This document shows positions 9,664 to 21,027 of a stretch of DNA of 64,000 bases, one piece after another (the first letter of the stretch is position 1; each line of letters opens with the position of its first letter). The stretch is taken from positions 64,001 to 128,000 of the IMG/VR virus record IMGVR_UViG_3300012157_000001. One strand, 5' to 3'. The notes beneath the pieces are model-generated. The model worked only from the letters and a program-made list of their open reading frames with translations. It did no database searches and was not told the origin of the DNA. The translations under genes and the position numbers were made by a program. Source of the stretch: a virus. Taxonomy: Duplodnaviria > Caudoviricetes.

Positions 9664-10438
9664 CGCAGTCAGTCCGTCCTGGGCAGTCGCTGGCCGATCT
9701 GCGGCTCACGATTCCGCAATCGGCGCTTCTTGCGGTGCTACCGGACTCGCCGAGCGATGGACGTTGCTGCAAAGGCCCAGCGGGCCGCGTCGCGATGGCG
9801 CTCGTGGACAAGGGCTACGCGAAGTGTGTTGGGCGAACGATGAGCGACCAAGGCTACTTCGCGCGCACTGTGGCCGGCGAGGCCGCAAGCGCGGAGTACA
9901 AAGCGTGGGTGAGCGGCGTCAGAACCGGATCTGGAGCTCGACATTGATCCAATGGTGGCGCCACGTCTGGAATGCCGTACGCCACGGCTGGCGTACCGGC
10001 CTGAATACGTATCGTCATAGCCGGGCCAGTTCTCGGTGGTCACGATGAAGCAGAACAAGAAACCACTGCCGCCGCTGACGCACGCCCTCTCGCTGGTGTT
10101 TTCTACGCCGAACCCGCGCCGTGACCAGCGCGCTACAGAGGCATACGTCGATGTGAACGGTTGCGCCGGTTTGCTCGACGACAGAGGAGCGACGACAATG
10201 AGCCGCGAGAATTCGGCGCTCTGGGCGCGCTTGATTCTAGAACAGCAGGGCTGGGAGTTTGGTGCGGACTGGGCGCGGAGGTGCTCCAAGTGAGCCGCGA
10301 AGAGCTTCGACGTCGCTACGAAAGTAAGCGCCCCAGGCGACCCATTGGTCATGGCGCCACGGGCGCAGAACTCGATAGGCAGCGCGATGAGTACCTGCGT
10401 TTGCGTCGTCCTCTAGCTCAGCGGATTAGGGCTCGCAG

Positions 10439-10663
10439 ATGAAGCAGTCTGGCCGATTGGTTACCGAGGCCCAACGGCGCGTATTCGCGAATCTGCGGCG
10501 CGGGCGCGAGGCGTACTACGGCTTCGACGGCATGTCCGCTAGAGGAGGCCTCACTCGCACGATCGCCTCGATGCAGAGGAAGGGCTGGATCTCGTCGCAG
10601 ATTCAGCTCACGATCGACGGCAATGCGCTGTGTGACCAGCTCGGCATCGAGAGGCGGTCGTGA
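10439..10663 (+). CDS. possible winged-helix protein
   Basis: TIASMQRKGWI...LTIDG. Confidence 0.5.
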   Translation: MKQSGRLVTEAQRRVFANLRRGREAYYGFDGMSARGGLTRTIASMQRKGWISSQIQLTIDGNALCDQLGIERRS

Positions 10664-11019
10664 AGCAGTCGCGAACTAGGGTCCGGAAAGATCCGGTCTC
10701 GGGAATCCCGAGCCCTCCACCTATCCCGCACGCCCCCGACTGCAAGTGCGATCCGTTGCTCCACCGGTACAAATGCAAGCACTGCAAGCGCGTGGTCGGC
10801 TGGTGCATGGGTGCGCACGACGCGGTGGAGCGCCGGAGTGGTCCGATTTGCGACGACTGCGTCTGTCTGCTCATTCATCACGATGAATCCTTGTTGGACC
10901 TGGCGGAAACTCTGGAACAAATGGAACAGGATGATCCGACCATACGCGCCGCGGCGGCCCACTACTACGCCGCCGTGAAGAGGATTTTGGGTGAAGGAGG
11001 ACGAGGAGTGCGAACGTGA
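10660..11019 (+). CDS. Cys-rich putative zinc-binding protein
   Basis: CKC, CKHC and CDDC. Confidence 0.6.
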   Translation: MKQSRTRVRKDPVSGIPSPPPIPHAPDCKCDPLLHRYKCKHCKRVVGWCMGAHDAVERRSGPICDDCVCLLIHHDESLLDLAETLEQMEQDDPTIRAAAAHYYAAVKRILGEGGRGVRT

Positions 11020-11230
11020 CCAAGGCAGAGCGGATTCGCGCGGCAAGGGGCTTCGTCTTCGGCGCACTCGACGGAGCCATCAACCACTCGTGGAGCGACT
11101 ACGACCCGATCATGATGGGTTGGAGTAAGCAAGAACACCACGCGGTCATGACCGAGGTCGGGAGGATTCGCGACAAGTACCGCCGCTCCGCGGTGGGCGC
11201 GAGACTGGCTCAACGGTCACGGGGCCGAAC

Positions 11231-11491
11231 GTGAAGCAGGGCACTCAGCGAATTCGCAAGGGCGTCCCGCCGGTCAGTTCCGCGGCGCTGGCAGAGCGTG
11301 CGGCGTTCACTCGGGGCTACGCTTGCGCGCTCGCAGACTGGGTGCGCCTCTTCAACGAACCGTCGACAGCCGCAGACGTTTTGCATCACAGCGGCCTGAA
11401 GCTGCTCCACCTCGAAGAGGCGGGCGTCGAGCCTTACGATCTCGACGTGCTACGGCCAGAGGTGGTTCGCCGGAGCAGGAGAAGAAAGTGA
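11231..11491 (+). CDS. hypothetical protein
   Basis: GTGA overlaps on both sides. Confidence 0.6.
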   Translation: MKQGTQRIRKGVPPVSSAALAERAAFTRGYACALADWVRLFNEPSTAADVLHHSGLKLLHLEEAGVEPYDLDVLRPEVVRRSRRRK

Positions 11492-11783
11492 AGCCGTTGG
11501 ACCTGATTCGTCAGGCGTACTCTTTCTTCCTGTTCTGGAAGTGGGATCGTGAGTACTACGCCGCGGCGCGCCGGATGAGAGGATGTGTACACATTCGAAC
11601 GATGTTCGTGGACGTCGGAACGCCGCCGTACGATTGCGTCGAGAAGTGCCGTGACTGTTGGGCGCTCCGGCTACCAAAACTCGGAGGCGAATGGCCTACC
11701 AAGGAGCTGGAATGGACGCCGAACGCAGCTAACCCGCGCCGAGCGCGTCAGGTGAGCGCGCCCGAGAAAGCTGCGGTGCAGCC

Positions 11784-12062
11784 GTGAAGCAGTACGTGCT
11801 CGTGGTCGGCGCTTGGTTGCTTCTCGGCTGCGAATCCGCTCCGCCTCCGCCTCCGCCGGCTCCGGCGGAGCCGAACCTGGCGGCGGCCATCGCAGAGCTC
11901 AATGCGGATCTCCTGGCCTGCATGCGACGAGAGAACGATCGGCTGCGCGAAGAGAAGGTCGCGCTCGACGCCAAGATCAACGCCGCGATCGAAGAGGCGG
12001 CGACTCTACAAGCCGCTGCACTAGCTAGCGCGCAGCCCAGAAAACCGAAGCGGGAGCAATGA
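11784..12062 (+). CDS. putative lipoprotein with Pro linker and coiled coil
   Basis: MKQYVLVVGAWLLLG-C lipobox, poly-Pro run, heptad region. Confidence 0.65.
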   Translation: MKQYVLVVGAWLLLGCESAPPPPPPAPAEPNLAAAIAELNADLLACMRRENDRLREEKVALDAKINAAIEEAATLQAAALASAQPRKPKREQ

Positions 12063-12262
12063 AAGGTGAGCCAGTCGCACTACCGAGTCCTTGTGCCCGT
12101 AGTCTTTTGCGACCATGACGGCTTTGCGTCCGGAGTTGCGGACGGCGAACCTTCGGCGCGATGGCCTACCGAGGTGTTTGCTAACGATTCGTGGTTCGAG
12201 ATCATTCGGGATGGTGGGCCGCCGCTCTACGGAGTTCGCATCCGGGTGAAGGAGCATGCACC

Positions 12263-12583
12263 GTGAGTCAGCCTGAGACGTTCATGCCCGGAGAAGAACC
12301 GGAGGTCGCACCGGGCGTGCGTGCGATGGTGTTCGATACGCCGAACGGAATCTACATTCCGGTGATAATTGCCGATCGGCCAGGCAGGGGCGACGTCGCG
12401 CGCTACCTCGACTCGCTGCCAGCAACTCGGCGCGTTGTGTTTCCGACGGTCATCAGCGCTCGGCTGCGCGCGATGCTGGAACGTCGCGGCTTTGAGTTGA
12501 CCTCCGAGTGGTCTCCAGAATTCGGGGAGCACGTGGACATCTACGAGCGACTCGGAAGCGTGCATCAGGGAGAATCCCGGTGA
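12263..12583 (+). CDS. hypothetical protein, possibly GNAT-like
   Basis: PGRGDVARYL...LRAMLERRGF resembles a reduced acetyltransferase fold. Confidence 0.4.
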   Translation: MSQPETFMPGEEPEVAPGVRAMVFDTPNGIYIPVIIADRPGRGDVARYLDSLPATRRVVFPTVISARLRAMLERRGFELTSEWSPEFGEHVDIYERLGSVHQGESR

Positions 12584-12846
12584 GGCGAGCTCGCCACCTC
12601 ACGCCGTACATCCGCCGCCGACACTCGGGCGACCGGGCAGACAGCCTTCGCACCGCGCTCCGCATGGAGGTGTTCGGTGCGCGCTGCTACGTGCTCGTGC
12701 AGCGTGGGGTTCCACGCCGTGTGCTCGAAGTCGGTCGTACGCGGCGCGACTTGGCATCTGGCCTCGCTCTGCCCCCATCGGCGCGGCACGTGCGGAAGTG
12801 GGCGCGGCGCTTCCGGAAGTTCTGCAGCAAGGGAGCTCGGCCATAA

Positions 12847-13140
12847 GTGGGAAAGCTCGACCCTGCGAAGCCCGAAGGCACGACTGGACGCCGTGGAGGC
12901 GCCCCCCAAATCACGATACCGGGCAAGGCCTACAAGAAGCGCGTCTACGTGCATCGCGAGACGATCGAAATCATCGAGGCCATCGAGAAACGGCAGGGCG
13001 ATAACACGTCCGCGTTCGAGGCTATGTTTCTCGTCAAAATGATCCGCTCCAAAGATCTCACGATCGCAACCCTCAGGGAGCACCTGCAGAAGCTCGGACG
13101 CGAGAAAGCCGAGCTCGCCCGACGTCGGAGGCCCGCGTGA
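12847..13140 (+). CDS. hypothetical protein with C-terminal coiled coil
   Basis: operon packing. Confidence 0.55.
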   Translation: MGKLDPAKPEGTTGRRGGAPQITIPGKAYKKRVYVHRETIEIIEAIEKRQGDNTSAFEAMFLVKMIRSKDLTIATLREHLQKLGREKAELARRRRPA

Positions 13141-13355
13141 ATCTCCTGACCGACGATGAGGAAGCGCGCGAAGCCACCGTCGACGCGCTCGCCGGACGCG
13201 GCCGTAACGACCGGACGCTACGGGCAGACATCCGAGCGGCACGCGAGCGACAGCCTGAGCACCTGCGACATCGGTTCTGCCGCATCTGCGGGCCTTTCAT
13301 GATGGAGTCCTGCCCGGCGGCGCCCGCGCACGATCTTCGACCGGAGGAGCCTTGA
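13137..13355 (+). CDS. small protein with N-terminal tag (REATVDALAG) and CxxC
   Basis: GGAGG RBS; GTGA overlap. Confidence 0.6.
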   Translation: MNLLTDDEEAREATVDALAGRGRNDRTLRADIRAARERQPEHLRHRFCRICGPFMMESCPAAPAHDLRPEEP

Positions 13356-13732
13356 ACGCGGCCCCGCCGGCCATGTTCTACTGTGGCTGCCACGGCGACT
13401 CGGGGCATTACCTCTGGACCGAGGACGAGGCGACGTCGCACTCGTTTTGGAAGCTGCAGCCATGGGGAAACGGCATCGACGGTAACCTCCAACCGTTTGC
13501 CCGGAACGGCTTCCATGTACCGAACGGCGCCGCCCGCTTCACCCAGGCCCACGGATGGTCGGCGCTCTCGTGGTGGGATAACAGCATCGACACCCGACAC
13601 GGAAGCCACTCAACATTCGTTGTGGAAGGCGAATACCCGGCCGAGGTGGTACTCGCGATGGCGCGCGCGCGGTTTCCGTGGGTGTTCGCCCGATTCAAGT
13701 ACGAGATCGTTCTCGGTGGAGGTGATAAGTGA
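13352..13732 (+). CDS. hypothetical phage protein
   Basis: YCGC..SGHYLW, WWDNSIDTRHGSHS. Confidence 0.65.
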   Translation: MNAAPPAMFYCGCHGDSGHYLWTEDEATSHSFWKLQPWGNGIDGNLQPFARNGFHVPNGAARFTQAHGWSALSWWDNSIDTRHGSHSTFVVEGEYPAEVVLAMARARFPWVFARFKYEIVLGGGDK

Positions 13733-14279
13733 CGAAGCAGCAAGCCCTATCGGTGAGGTCGCTCTCAGGTTTGGACCGACTGGACGCGCGCCTGGAAGCG
13801 ATCATCGTCTCCGACGAGAGCTTTCTCTACTACGCTCGGCAGTGGCGGCTGCTTCGACACCACCGCGCGCAGCTGCGCGACATGGCTAGCCGGTATCCGG
13901 TGATCATCGACTTTCGCGATGTGCGTGTCGTGCTGGAGAGCCCAGAGGAGGTCGACCGTCTCACGGCGAACATTCGAGCAAAGCTCAAAGAGCGATGGAC
14001 TTCGTAGGGGATGAAGACGCCACGCGGTCTGCTCTGCAGGTCGCGCTCCGAGAGCACGACTGGGAGACCCGGGCCGCCGGGGTGCCTCGGGATGCGCTCC
14101 CGTCGGCGAACGTCGCTCGCATGTTCGTGACCGAGCTCCGTGCTCGTGGCTGGAAGCTCACGAAGGACGACGTCTGCGTGGTGTGCGGTACCGTCCTGAT
14201 TCCGGACGATACGGAACCGCACTGCGAAGGGTGTGACGTCGACGGCCCCAGGTACACCGACCCGCCGGAGACATGATGC

Positions 14280-14639
14280 ATGAGCCTCCTCAACGCATTT
14301 CCCCGTCCGCTGCTCGAAGCGCTCGCCGCGCACGAAACGCTCCGCAAGCTCGGCTTCACGCCGGACCAAATCTTCATTCATCAGAACCCACCACCGCTGC
14401 TCGACATCGCCGTGGTGCTCCGGCACCAGGGCAAGCAGTTCGCGGTCACGGTCGGCCAGTACGCCGCCGAGGACTGGCTGGACAAGTGGAAGGAGCTCGT
14501 CGGGCTCTTTAATTCACGTCAGCTTCCAGAGGACGAGTTCCAGACGTTCTACGAGAGCTCGCTCACCGGCGCGAACCACGTCTCGCTGCTGCTCGCGCTC
14601 GACCGGAAAGGCATCACGCCTCCGGGCGGATCGAACTGA
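14280..14639 (+). CDS. hypothetical protein
   Basis: codon usage; packing. Confidence 0.65.
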   Translation: MSLLNAFPRPLLEALAAHETLRKLGFTPDQIFIHQNPPPLLDIAVVLRHQGKQFAVTVGQYAAEDWLDKWKELVGLFNSRQLPEDEFQTFYESSLTGANHVSLLLALDRKGITPPGGSN

Positions 14640-14656
14640 GAAAGGATCGCTGCCCA

Positions 14657-15061
14657 ATGTCCGACGACGTAGTCCGCAGAGCATTGGTTCGAGCCGTTGT
14701 CGATTGGAGGGCCGCCGCCCAGCACGGTCACCCCTACGACGCGGAACGCCCGATACCCGACTTCTTCACTCTGGAGGCTTTGGCAAAGTACGCGGGCGCG
14801 CTCGCGAAGGATATTGCCGAAACACGCGGCGACGTGCGGCCGATTCGCGATGGGCTCTGGGAGCTTCTGCCGGAGCAACAGCCGATCCCCATGCGGCTCT
14901 TTTGCGAGCACTGCCACGCGCAGCACGTCGACAAGGGGCGCTTCGCGACGCACATGCACCACACGCATACGTGCCAAATCTGCGGCCTGACGTGGCGCCC
15001 GGCGAAGGTGTTCACGGTCGGCGTGCAGTTCATCCCGGGATTCAAAGACACGGAGGCATAG
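14657..15061 (+). CDS. putative zinc-finger protein
   Basis: CEHC...HVD...HHTHTCQICG. Confidence 0.65.
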   Translation: MSDDVVRRALVRAVVDWRAAAQHGHPYDAERPIPDFFTLEALAKYAGALAKDIAETRGDVRPIRDGLWELLPEQQPIPMRLFCEHCHAQHVDKGRFATHMHHTHTCQICGLTWRPAKVFTVGVQFIPGFKDTEA

Positions 15062-15322
15062 ATGGCTGAGAAAGCACCGATTCATTTCACCTGTCCCTGC
15101 TGCGAGGCACAACACACCCGCGGCTACTTCGACGGCGTGGCCCTGTTCCGCTGCCTGCGCTGCGGATATCAGGGTTACGGGTTCCACCCCGACCCGGTCA
15201 TCGACAAGGGCGTCTACGAAGAGCACAAGGCGGCGAATGAGTGGAACGTGGCGCATGGACTCCAGGCTCACGACCCGTTCAGCAGGCCCGGGCTCGGTGT
15301 CGGGACCGAGAGCGCCGGATGA
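15062..15322 (+). CDS. putative zinc-finger protein
   Basis: CPCC...CLRCG. Confidence 0.65.
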   Translation: MAEKAPIHFTCPCCEAQHTRGYFDGVALFRCLRCGYQGYGFHPDPVIDKGVYEEHKAANEWNVAHGLQAHDPFSRPGLGVGTESAG

Positions 15323-15862
15323 GCACGAGCGAAGCTCACGGCGTGCTACCAGCCGCTCTGCGGATGTGGTTCGACGCACCGAATCTCCTAGCGAGCTACG
15401 AGCGCCACGGCATCGTGATCGTCACGGTCGGTTTGCGCATAGAGGCTGCCGCTGCTGCCGCTGCGAAGCTTGCCCAGATGATCGCAGACCACAGAGCGGC
15501 CGGAGCTGGCGATCCGGAACGCCTCGACACGCTGGATGAGCTCGTCGTCATGATGCGCGACGTGTTGAGGAACAAGGACGGGCAGATCTTACCCCTCGAC
15601 GTTAACGACGCTTCGCCACTCGACGCGCTGTTCGGAGCGACCTCGTGAAGTGGTTCGGTAAATCCTGGGGCGCTCCAGTCTGCACGCCGGAGGACAGGGC
15701 ACCGTTGCCCGACGCGCCGTGCGTCTGCTGCGAGACCCGGTTCAAAGCGGATGACCAGGGCGTCATCCTGCCGTTCGTGGGAGGCCCGGACGATCCACCG
15801 GAACTGCCGTACCACCTTGCGTGCTTCCGAGATGCGCTCGGGCTCGCGCCAAAGGATGAATC

Positions 15863-16309
15863 ATGAGCCTGCGCGACGACGTGCGCTGGGTCCGCGAGGC
15901 TGCGGACGGCCTGCTCGTCGGGTGGCTGCCAGGGCGGCTGCCGAAATGGAGCACTAGCGAGGGCGAGCAGCTCGGCTGGCTCGTGCTGCTCCTCTGGAGG
16001 AAGTTCTACGACGCGAGCATGGCGCGTACGGTGCTCGAAGCAGAGGTGCAGACCCTGAAGGGCGACGTCGACGGCCTTCGCGCCACGAACGAGCGGCTGA
16101 CGGACCTACTCGACCAGCCCGAACGGGAGGAAGTTGTAGAGGCGCTCGCGGTAACAGGGAGACAGATCGGAAACTACTGGGTCCAGGAGTTTGATGGTGA
16201 CCCGATGGAAATTGCGCTGTGGGATGGCACTGTGTGGTTAACCTGTGGCTCCGCAGTCGGCAGCGCGGAGGTCCACAGGGTTCTTTCAAATCGGATACCC
16301 GAGCCCTAA
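15863..16309 (+). CDS. hypothetical protein with coiled coil
   Basis: ATGA overlap. Confidence 0.6.
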   Translation: MSLRDDVRWVREAADGLLVGWLPGRLPKWSTSEGEQLGWLVLLLWRKFYDASMARTVLEAEVQTLKGDVDGLRATNERLTDLLDQPEREEVVEALAVTGRQIGNYWVQEFDGDPMEIALWDGTVWLTCGSAVGSAEVHRVLSNRIPEP

Positions 16310-16632
16310 GGCGCAACCCTGATCGCAACAGTTACTGGGAGGTCGTACAGCCGCGGTGGAACCCAGGAGGCGTAGCTGGCTGTAGCGGCAGCAGTGGCGT
16401 CATGGCATGCTGCGTGCATTGGTTAGCAGTCCAATGACCCGCCGAGCCGATGCCTACGAGATCACAGTGACGAACGACGAGACGGCCGGACTGCTTCGTC
16501 GCCTTGATGCCCTCGGACTAGGTGACGGCCTGGTTGTTCGAAGCGCGGCTCGCAGGATGAGCCTCACGTACGACACTCTGGTCAAGCTGCTCGACGCGGC
16601 GGACTGCAAAGCAACCAAGGAGCTCCCCACCA

Positions 16633-17094
16633 ATGTCCCACTACGATGACCACAGAGTCCGTGCTGCGCGCGAGCGCGAGAACCGCGCCTTCGATCAGAA
16701 GGCCATGACCCTCTCGTTCGAGGTCTCGAACCCCAAGTTCGAGATGACGGATGACGACAACGAACCGGAGTTCGTCACGCTCGTCCTGCCGGCGAGGTAC
16801 GAGGTGTGCGACACGTGCGAAGGCAAGGGATCCCACGTCAACCCGTCGATCGATGCCCACGGCATCTCGGGCGAGGAGTTCGCCGAGGATCCGGACTTCG
16901 AGGAAAGCTACCTGTCCGGTCGCTACGACGTAACGTGTTACGGCTGCGGCGGGATGCGCGTCGTGCCAGTTGTCGATGAGGACCGCGCCTCGAAGGCTGA
17001 CTTTGTGCTCTACGAAGAGCACGCCGACGAGTGCGCGGCCTACGATGCGGAAGAGGCTTCAGAGGCTCGCTACTTCGCAGCGTTCGACCGCTGA
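16633..17094 (+). CDS. phage protein with DnaJ-type CxxCxGxG zinc-finger halves
   Basis: VCDTCEGKG...TCYGCGGMR; AAGGAG RBS. Confidence 0.7.
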   Translation: MSHYDDHRVRAARERENRAFDQKAMTLSFEVSNPKFEMTDDDNEPEFVTLVLPARYEVCDTCEGKGSHVNPSIDAHGISGEEFAEDPDFEESYLSGRYDVTCYGCGGMRVVPVVDEDRASKADFVLYEEHADECAAYDAEEASEARYFAAFDR

Positions 17095-17103
17095 GGGCGC
17101 TGA

Positions 17104-17532
17104 ATGACCGCTCGCACCCTCCGCACTACCGACCCGAAGCGGGCCGTTGACGGACTTCGCGGCGGCCGGCGCGTACGGCTCGACGTGCCACCCGCGCAGG
17201 TCGATGCAATTCGCGCCATCTTCGCCGCGCACTATCCGCCTGCCGTTATCGCGCGGCTCGACGTTCGGGGATCCGAGGTCGCGGAGCGCGCCGGATGCCT
17301 CGCCCTACGCACCACGCGCCAAGGCGTCCGCGTCGGCCTCTATCGGTCGCTAGAAGCTGGCCTGGAGTCGGATCCGAGCGTCCCGTACACGACGGTCTGC
17401 GAGACGCACGGAACGCTGGTGTGTCACGAGACTCGGCGCGCTGCTGAGCAGTCGCTCTCGCATCCGGAGTCGTGGTGCGATCAATGCCGGGGAGAACCAC
17501 CGGAGGAGTGCGTAGGTTCAACCGGAGGCTGA
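17104..17532 (+). CDS. hypothetical protein
   Basis: CETHG...WCDQC. Confidence 0.6.
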   Translation: MTARTLRTTDPKRAVDGLRGGRRVRLDVPPAQVDAIRAIFAAHYPPAVIARLDVRGSEVAERAGCLALRTTRQGVRVGLYRSLEAGLESDPSVPYTTVCETHGTLVCHETRRAAEQSLSHPESWCDQCRGEPPEECVGSTGG

Positions 17533-17537
17533 CGACC

Positions 17538-17846
17538 ATGACGACGAGTGCCACGACCACCAAGATTCGATACCGTGTGCTCTACCGCGAGTCCGGGCGC
17601 GATATTTCGGTCGCCGCCCCGGCTGTTGTGAGCCGCGCGAGGTACCGAGACATCGGCCTCGTGGAGGCTGATGATCTGGAGGGCCTGTTTCGGGAGATGA
17701 ACGCCGTAGACGGAACAGAGACGTGCCGCAAACTGCGTGTGCGCAGCATGTCCGTTGGCGACGTTGCGATCGACACCCGCGTGGGCCAAGGCGTGGCGTA
17801 CTACTGCGCGAGCTACGGCTGGCGCCGCGTGGGGTTTGTGCCGTGA
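17538..17846 (+). CDS. YodL-like domain protein
   Basis: LEGLFREMN...RSMSVGDV...YYCASYGW matches the YodL signature. Confidence 0.7.
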   Translation: MTTSATTTKIRYRVLYRESGRDISVAAPAVVSRARYRDIGLVEADDLEGLFREMNAVDGTETCRKLRVRSMSVGDVAIDTRVGQGVAYYCASYGWRRVGFVP

Positions 17847-18049
17847 GCGACGCTTACTCGACGGACAATTTGCTCATCGACGCAGCGGCACGTACGGAAG
17901 AAGCCATTGCGTACTGCCGCAAGGCGCTCCAACAGATTGACGACACGCCCACGCGGCTGGCGCTCGGACAGGCTATCCTGCGCATACAGGACGGGCGCCA
18001 CGAGATCCGGAGCGCACGCGAAATGCTGAGCGAGCTCGACAAGGGATGA

Positions 18050-18559
18050 ATGAGCGACGAGGAGGCAAACGCCGAAGAGGCACCCGAAGCGCCGCGGCGG
18101 CTCACGTGGCTCTGCCCGATCTGCCGCCAGCGGCTGTGGCTCCGCACCGCCAGCGAGGACGAGGCGATATTTCACGAGCGCTGCGAAGCGCACCGGCGCG
18201 CCAAGCGCGTCTGTAACGCACGAGTGCTGATGAAACAGCTGAAGTCCAACGGGTTCGTCCCGCTCCGGCGCGCCTCACTGAACGACTTCACCACCGAATA
18301 TCTCGGCTTGAACGATGCCGGGCTCGTCCAGTGGCATCCCACGCACATCATTGGCGACTCCTATGTTCGCTCCACTCCGTGGGGACCTGTTTGGGCAGCC
18401 GACTACGACCAGTACCTACGACGGAAGCGGAAGCTGTCGCTCCAGCGACGGGTGGTTGAGCTCCGAGAAGCGGCGGCGAGTCCCGAGTCGATCGACAGTC
18501 TCAGGGCCTTCCTCGCGTTTGCGCAAACGGACGAGGTTGACCTCGGCGGTGAGCCATGA
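18050..18559 (+). CDS. hypothetical protein
   Basis: CPIC motif; packing. Confidence 0.6.
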   Translation: MSDEEANAEEAPEAPRRLTWLCPICRQRLWLRTASEDEAIFHERCEAHRRAKRVCNARVLMKQLKSNGFVPLRRASLNDFTTEYLGLNDAGLVQWHPTHIIGDSYVRSTPWGPVWAADYDQYLRRKRKLSLQRRVVELREAAASPESIDSLRAFLAFAQTDEVDLGGEP

Positions 18560-19117
18560 CAGCATTGGCAGCAATGAATCTGTGCCTGAGCAACCACGAG
18601 GCGCATCTCGTCCGCGACGCCCTGGCGTTCGCGGTGCGAAACAGTTTCGGATCTGCCGGACAGCGGCGTGCGCTGGTGGCCATTGCCGAACACCGAATAC
18701 TTCACGAGTTGCTCCATCCGAAGAACCGGCGCGCGAAGCGCCCGATGAGCCCGTGGCGTGTGTCCACGTGGCGGCAGGAGATGTACGAGACCAAGAGCAC
18801 GTTTCTGCCGGCGCCCAGCCTCAAGGCCGTGCTCTGCCTCGTTCGCATCCTGTGCGGTCCGGGAAACTGGACGGCAAAACTGGTGACGTCCACATGACCG
18901 ACGTGGACCCGGACACCACGGGCGCGGATGTGACCGCGCTGCGCGCGGCTATCGAAAAAGCGGACCGGCTCATCGAGAAAAACCGGGAAGCAGGCACCCT
19001 GCTGGTAGACCTGAAGCGATCTCTCGTCCTGCGCCTGTTGCACACGCAGTACCCGAGCCTGAGCATCACCGACGAAGCAAAACTCCTCAAAGGATACGGA
19101 GTGCAGCTGCCGAAAAC

Positions 19118-20023
19118 ATGACCTCCCGAACCTCAACAGCTACCATCCCGAAGATGGAGACCAGCACGCGCTACATCGGGTTCTGTCCGGTCTGTCAGCG
19201 GCAGATCAAGGTTCAGAGCGGCCTCCTGGTGCACCACGGCTACAAGCGCCCAGGGATCGGCGTGATTGTGGGCGACTGCTTCGGCGTGAACATGCCGCCG
19301 CACGAGCTTTCGTCGGAGACCGCGCAGGCGTACTTGGAACAGGCGGTCGTGCCACGAATCGTTGCAGTGGAAAGGATGCTCGTGCACCTGGGACCACCCG
19401 GTGAGCCGGAGTGGCTGCAGTTCGAGGAGTTCAACCGCGAGACCCGGCAATACGAGCCGGTGAAGCGGTCCCGCTCGGAGGTGTCCGAGTACGACTGGGA
19501 GCGACGGCTCAGATCCGTCCGTATCCAAACGCGAAACGAGCTGGAGTACTGGCAGGGCGAGGAGAAGCGTCTGGAGAACCTCGTGGCGACCTGGCAGCTG
19601 CAGCCGCTCATGACGGCAGAGGAGGAAATCGCGAGGGCCACAGAGACGCGAACCGAACGCACGCGCCGGAGAGAGGCCGATCGCGAGCAGCGTGTGGCCG
19701 AGGCCCTGGTGAGCCTCCAGCAGCGGATCGACAGCGCCGTACGGAACAAACGGCCCGCTACGATCGAGGACTTGTTCCGTGAAGGTTACCGCAAGCTCAT
19801 CGAGCTCAGCGGCAACCGGCTCGAACGCGATGACGTTCTCCGTCTCTTGGAGCGCGACCACGTGTGGCGGGCCTTCGGCCTCATCCGCCCCGATGGCTCG
19901 TACCTTTTAGAGTGGCAGGAAGTCACGAAGGCATTCGAGCCCTGGAGCCCGTGGGACCGCGGACGCGCTCCGGCGCCCTTTCCTGCTGAACTCGGCGGGG
20001 GCAAGGCCAAGCTCCGGCGGTGA
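19118..20023 (+). CDS. phage protein with N-terminal Cys/His zinc-binding module
   Basis: GFCPVC...LVHHGYKRPG...GDCFG; 301 aa. Confidence 0.75.
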   Translation: MTSRTSTATIPKMETSTRYIGFCPVCQRQIKVQSGLLVHHGYKRPGIGVIVGDCFGVNMPPHELSSETAQAYLEQAVVPRIVAVERMLVHLGPPGEPEWLQFEEFNRETRQYEPVKRSRSEVSEYDWERRLRSVRIQTRNELEYWQGEEKRLENLVATWQLQPLMTAEEEIARATETRTERTRRREADREQRVAEALVSLQQRIDSAVRNKRPATIEDLFREGYRKLIELSGNRLERDDVLRLLERDHVWRAFGLIRPDGSYLLEWQEVTKAFEPWSPWDRGRAPAPFPAELGGGKAKLRR

Positions 20024-20632
20024 CCCTTGCAGGGGAAGCGGGACGTGATAGAACCGACTGCATCGGCAGCAAGATGGCGAAGAAAAAGAAGCAAGAGCAG
20101 GCGGAGCCGAGCTGCCAGCTCGTCATCCGCGAACGACTGAAGGCACTCGACGATGCGGCCGACTCTGCCGTAGAGTCGGTTGCAGATCACGTCGGAATCA
20201 GCAACGCCGTGAGCACGGTTGCTACTGGGCTTTTCATGTCGGCGGCCAGTATGGCCTGGCACGTAACAGAGCTCACCGAGGAGGAATTCGTGGAGACCGC
20301 TCGCCGATGCTACCAGCGGATCGCCGAGACCCATGCTCACTGCGAGCGAGGTGGGGGCACGGAAGGCTCTGTTCCTCACCATCACGCGCGCGAGAACCTG
20401 AACTGAGCTCCGCACATGAGCTCGCGTAAACGCACGCTGACCAAAGACGACTGGCACAAGGTGTTCGGGCTCCGCTGCCGATCGAAGCGCGGGCAGCGGC
20501 TCTCGGAGGACGAGCAGGCCTTGGTGGACGCAGCGTACCGCCAGGACGTCGACAGGTACGCCGCAATGGAACCAGACGTCTTCGACGCGACCGTGCCGTT
20601 TGGGTCGCAGGCTCGGGCTCGGAGAGTAAAGC

Positions 20633-20929
20633 GTGGCGGATGACGGAGACCTTCAGCACTGGAGAGACGAAGCGGCGCGGCTTCGCGACGAGCTCCGCCG
20701 GCTTCAGAAGGCGCATGCGATCCTTGCGCACCGGGAGTGGTTCGCTGTCGGGCCCGACGACGGAAGCGCCCTGCGCGATCCCGAAGGGCGCTTCACGCTC
20801 TTCTTCTGTGACAGAAGCGGTACATTCCCGTGCTGCACGCTCGGTCCAAAGGACGTGCTGCTCGTCGGCCGCTACACCGGCGAGCCGGAGCGCGAAGCCG
20901 CGGTCGTCGCGCTCGCGGGAGAGACTTGA
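20633..20929 (+). CDS. hypothetical protein with C-terminal tag (EREAAVVALAGET)
   Basis: operon packing. Confidence 0.6.
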   Translation: MADDGDLQHWRDEAARLRDELRRLQKAHAILAHREWFAVGPDDGSALRDPEGRFTLFFCDRSGTFPCCTLGPKDVLLVGRYTGEPEREAAVVALAGET

Positions 20930-21027
20930 ACCATGTGGAACGGCCTAGACCCCTGGGATCTCTACTCGCTCTTCGCGTGCGCGATCGTCGGGTTCGTCGT
21001 GTTGGCGAGGTGCCTCTACGAGCTTCG

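Noticed and set aside
11784-12062. Spanin/lysis cassette
   Set aside because: A lipoprotein is present, but no adjacent endolysin, holin or i-spanin is recognisable.
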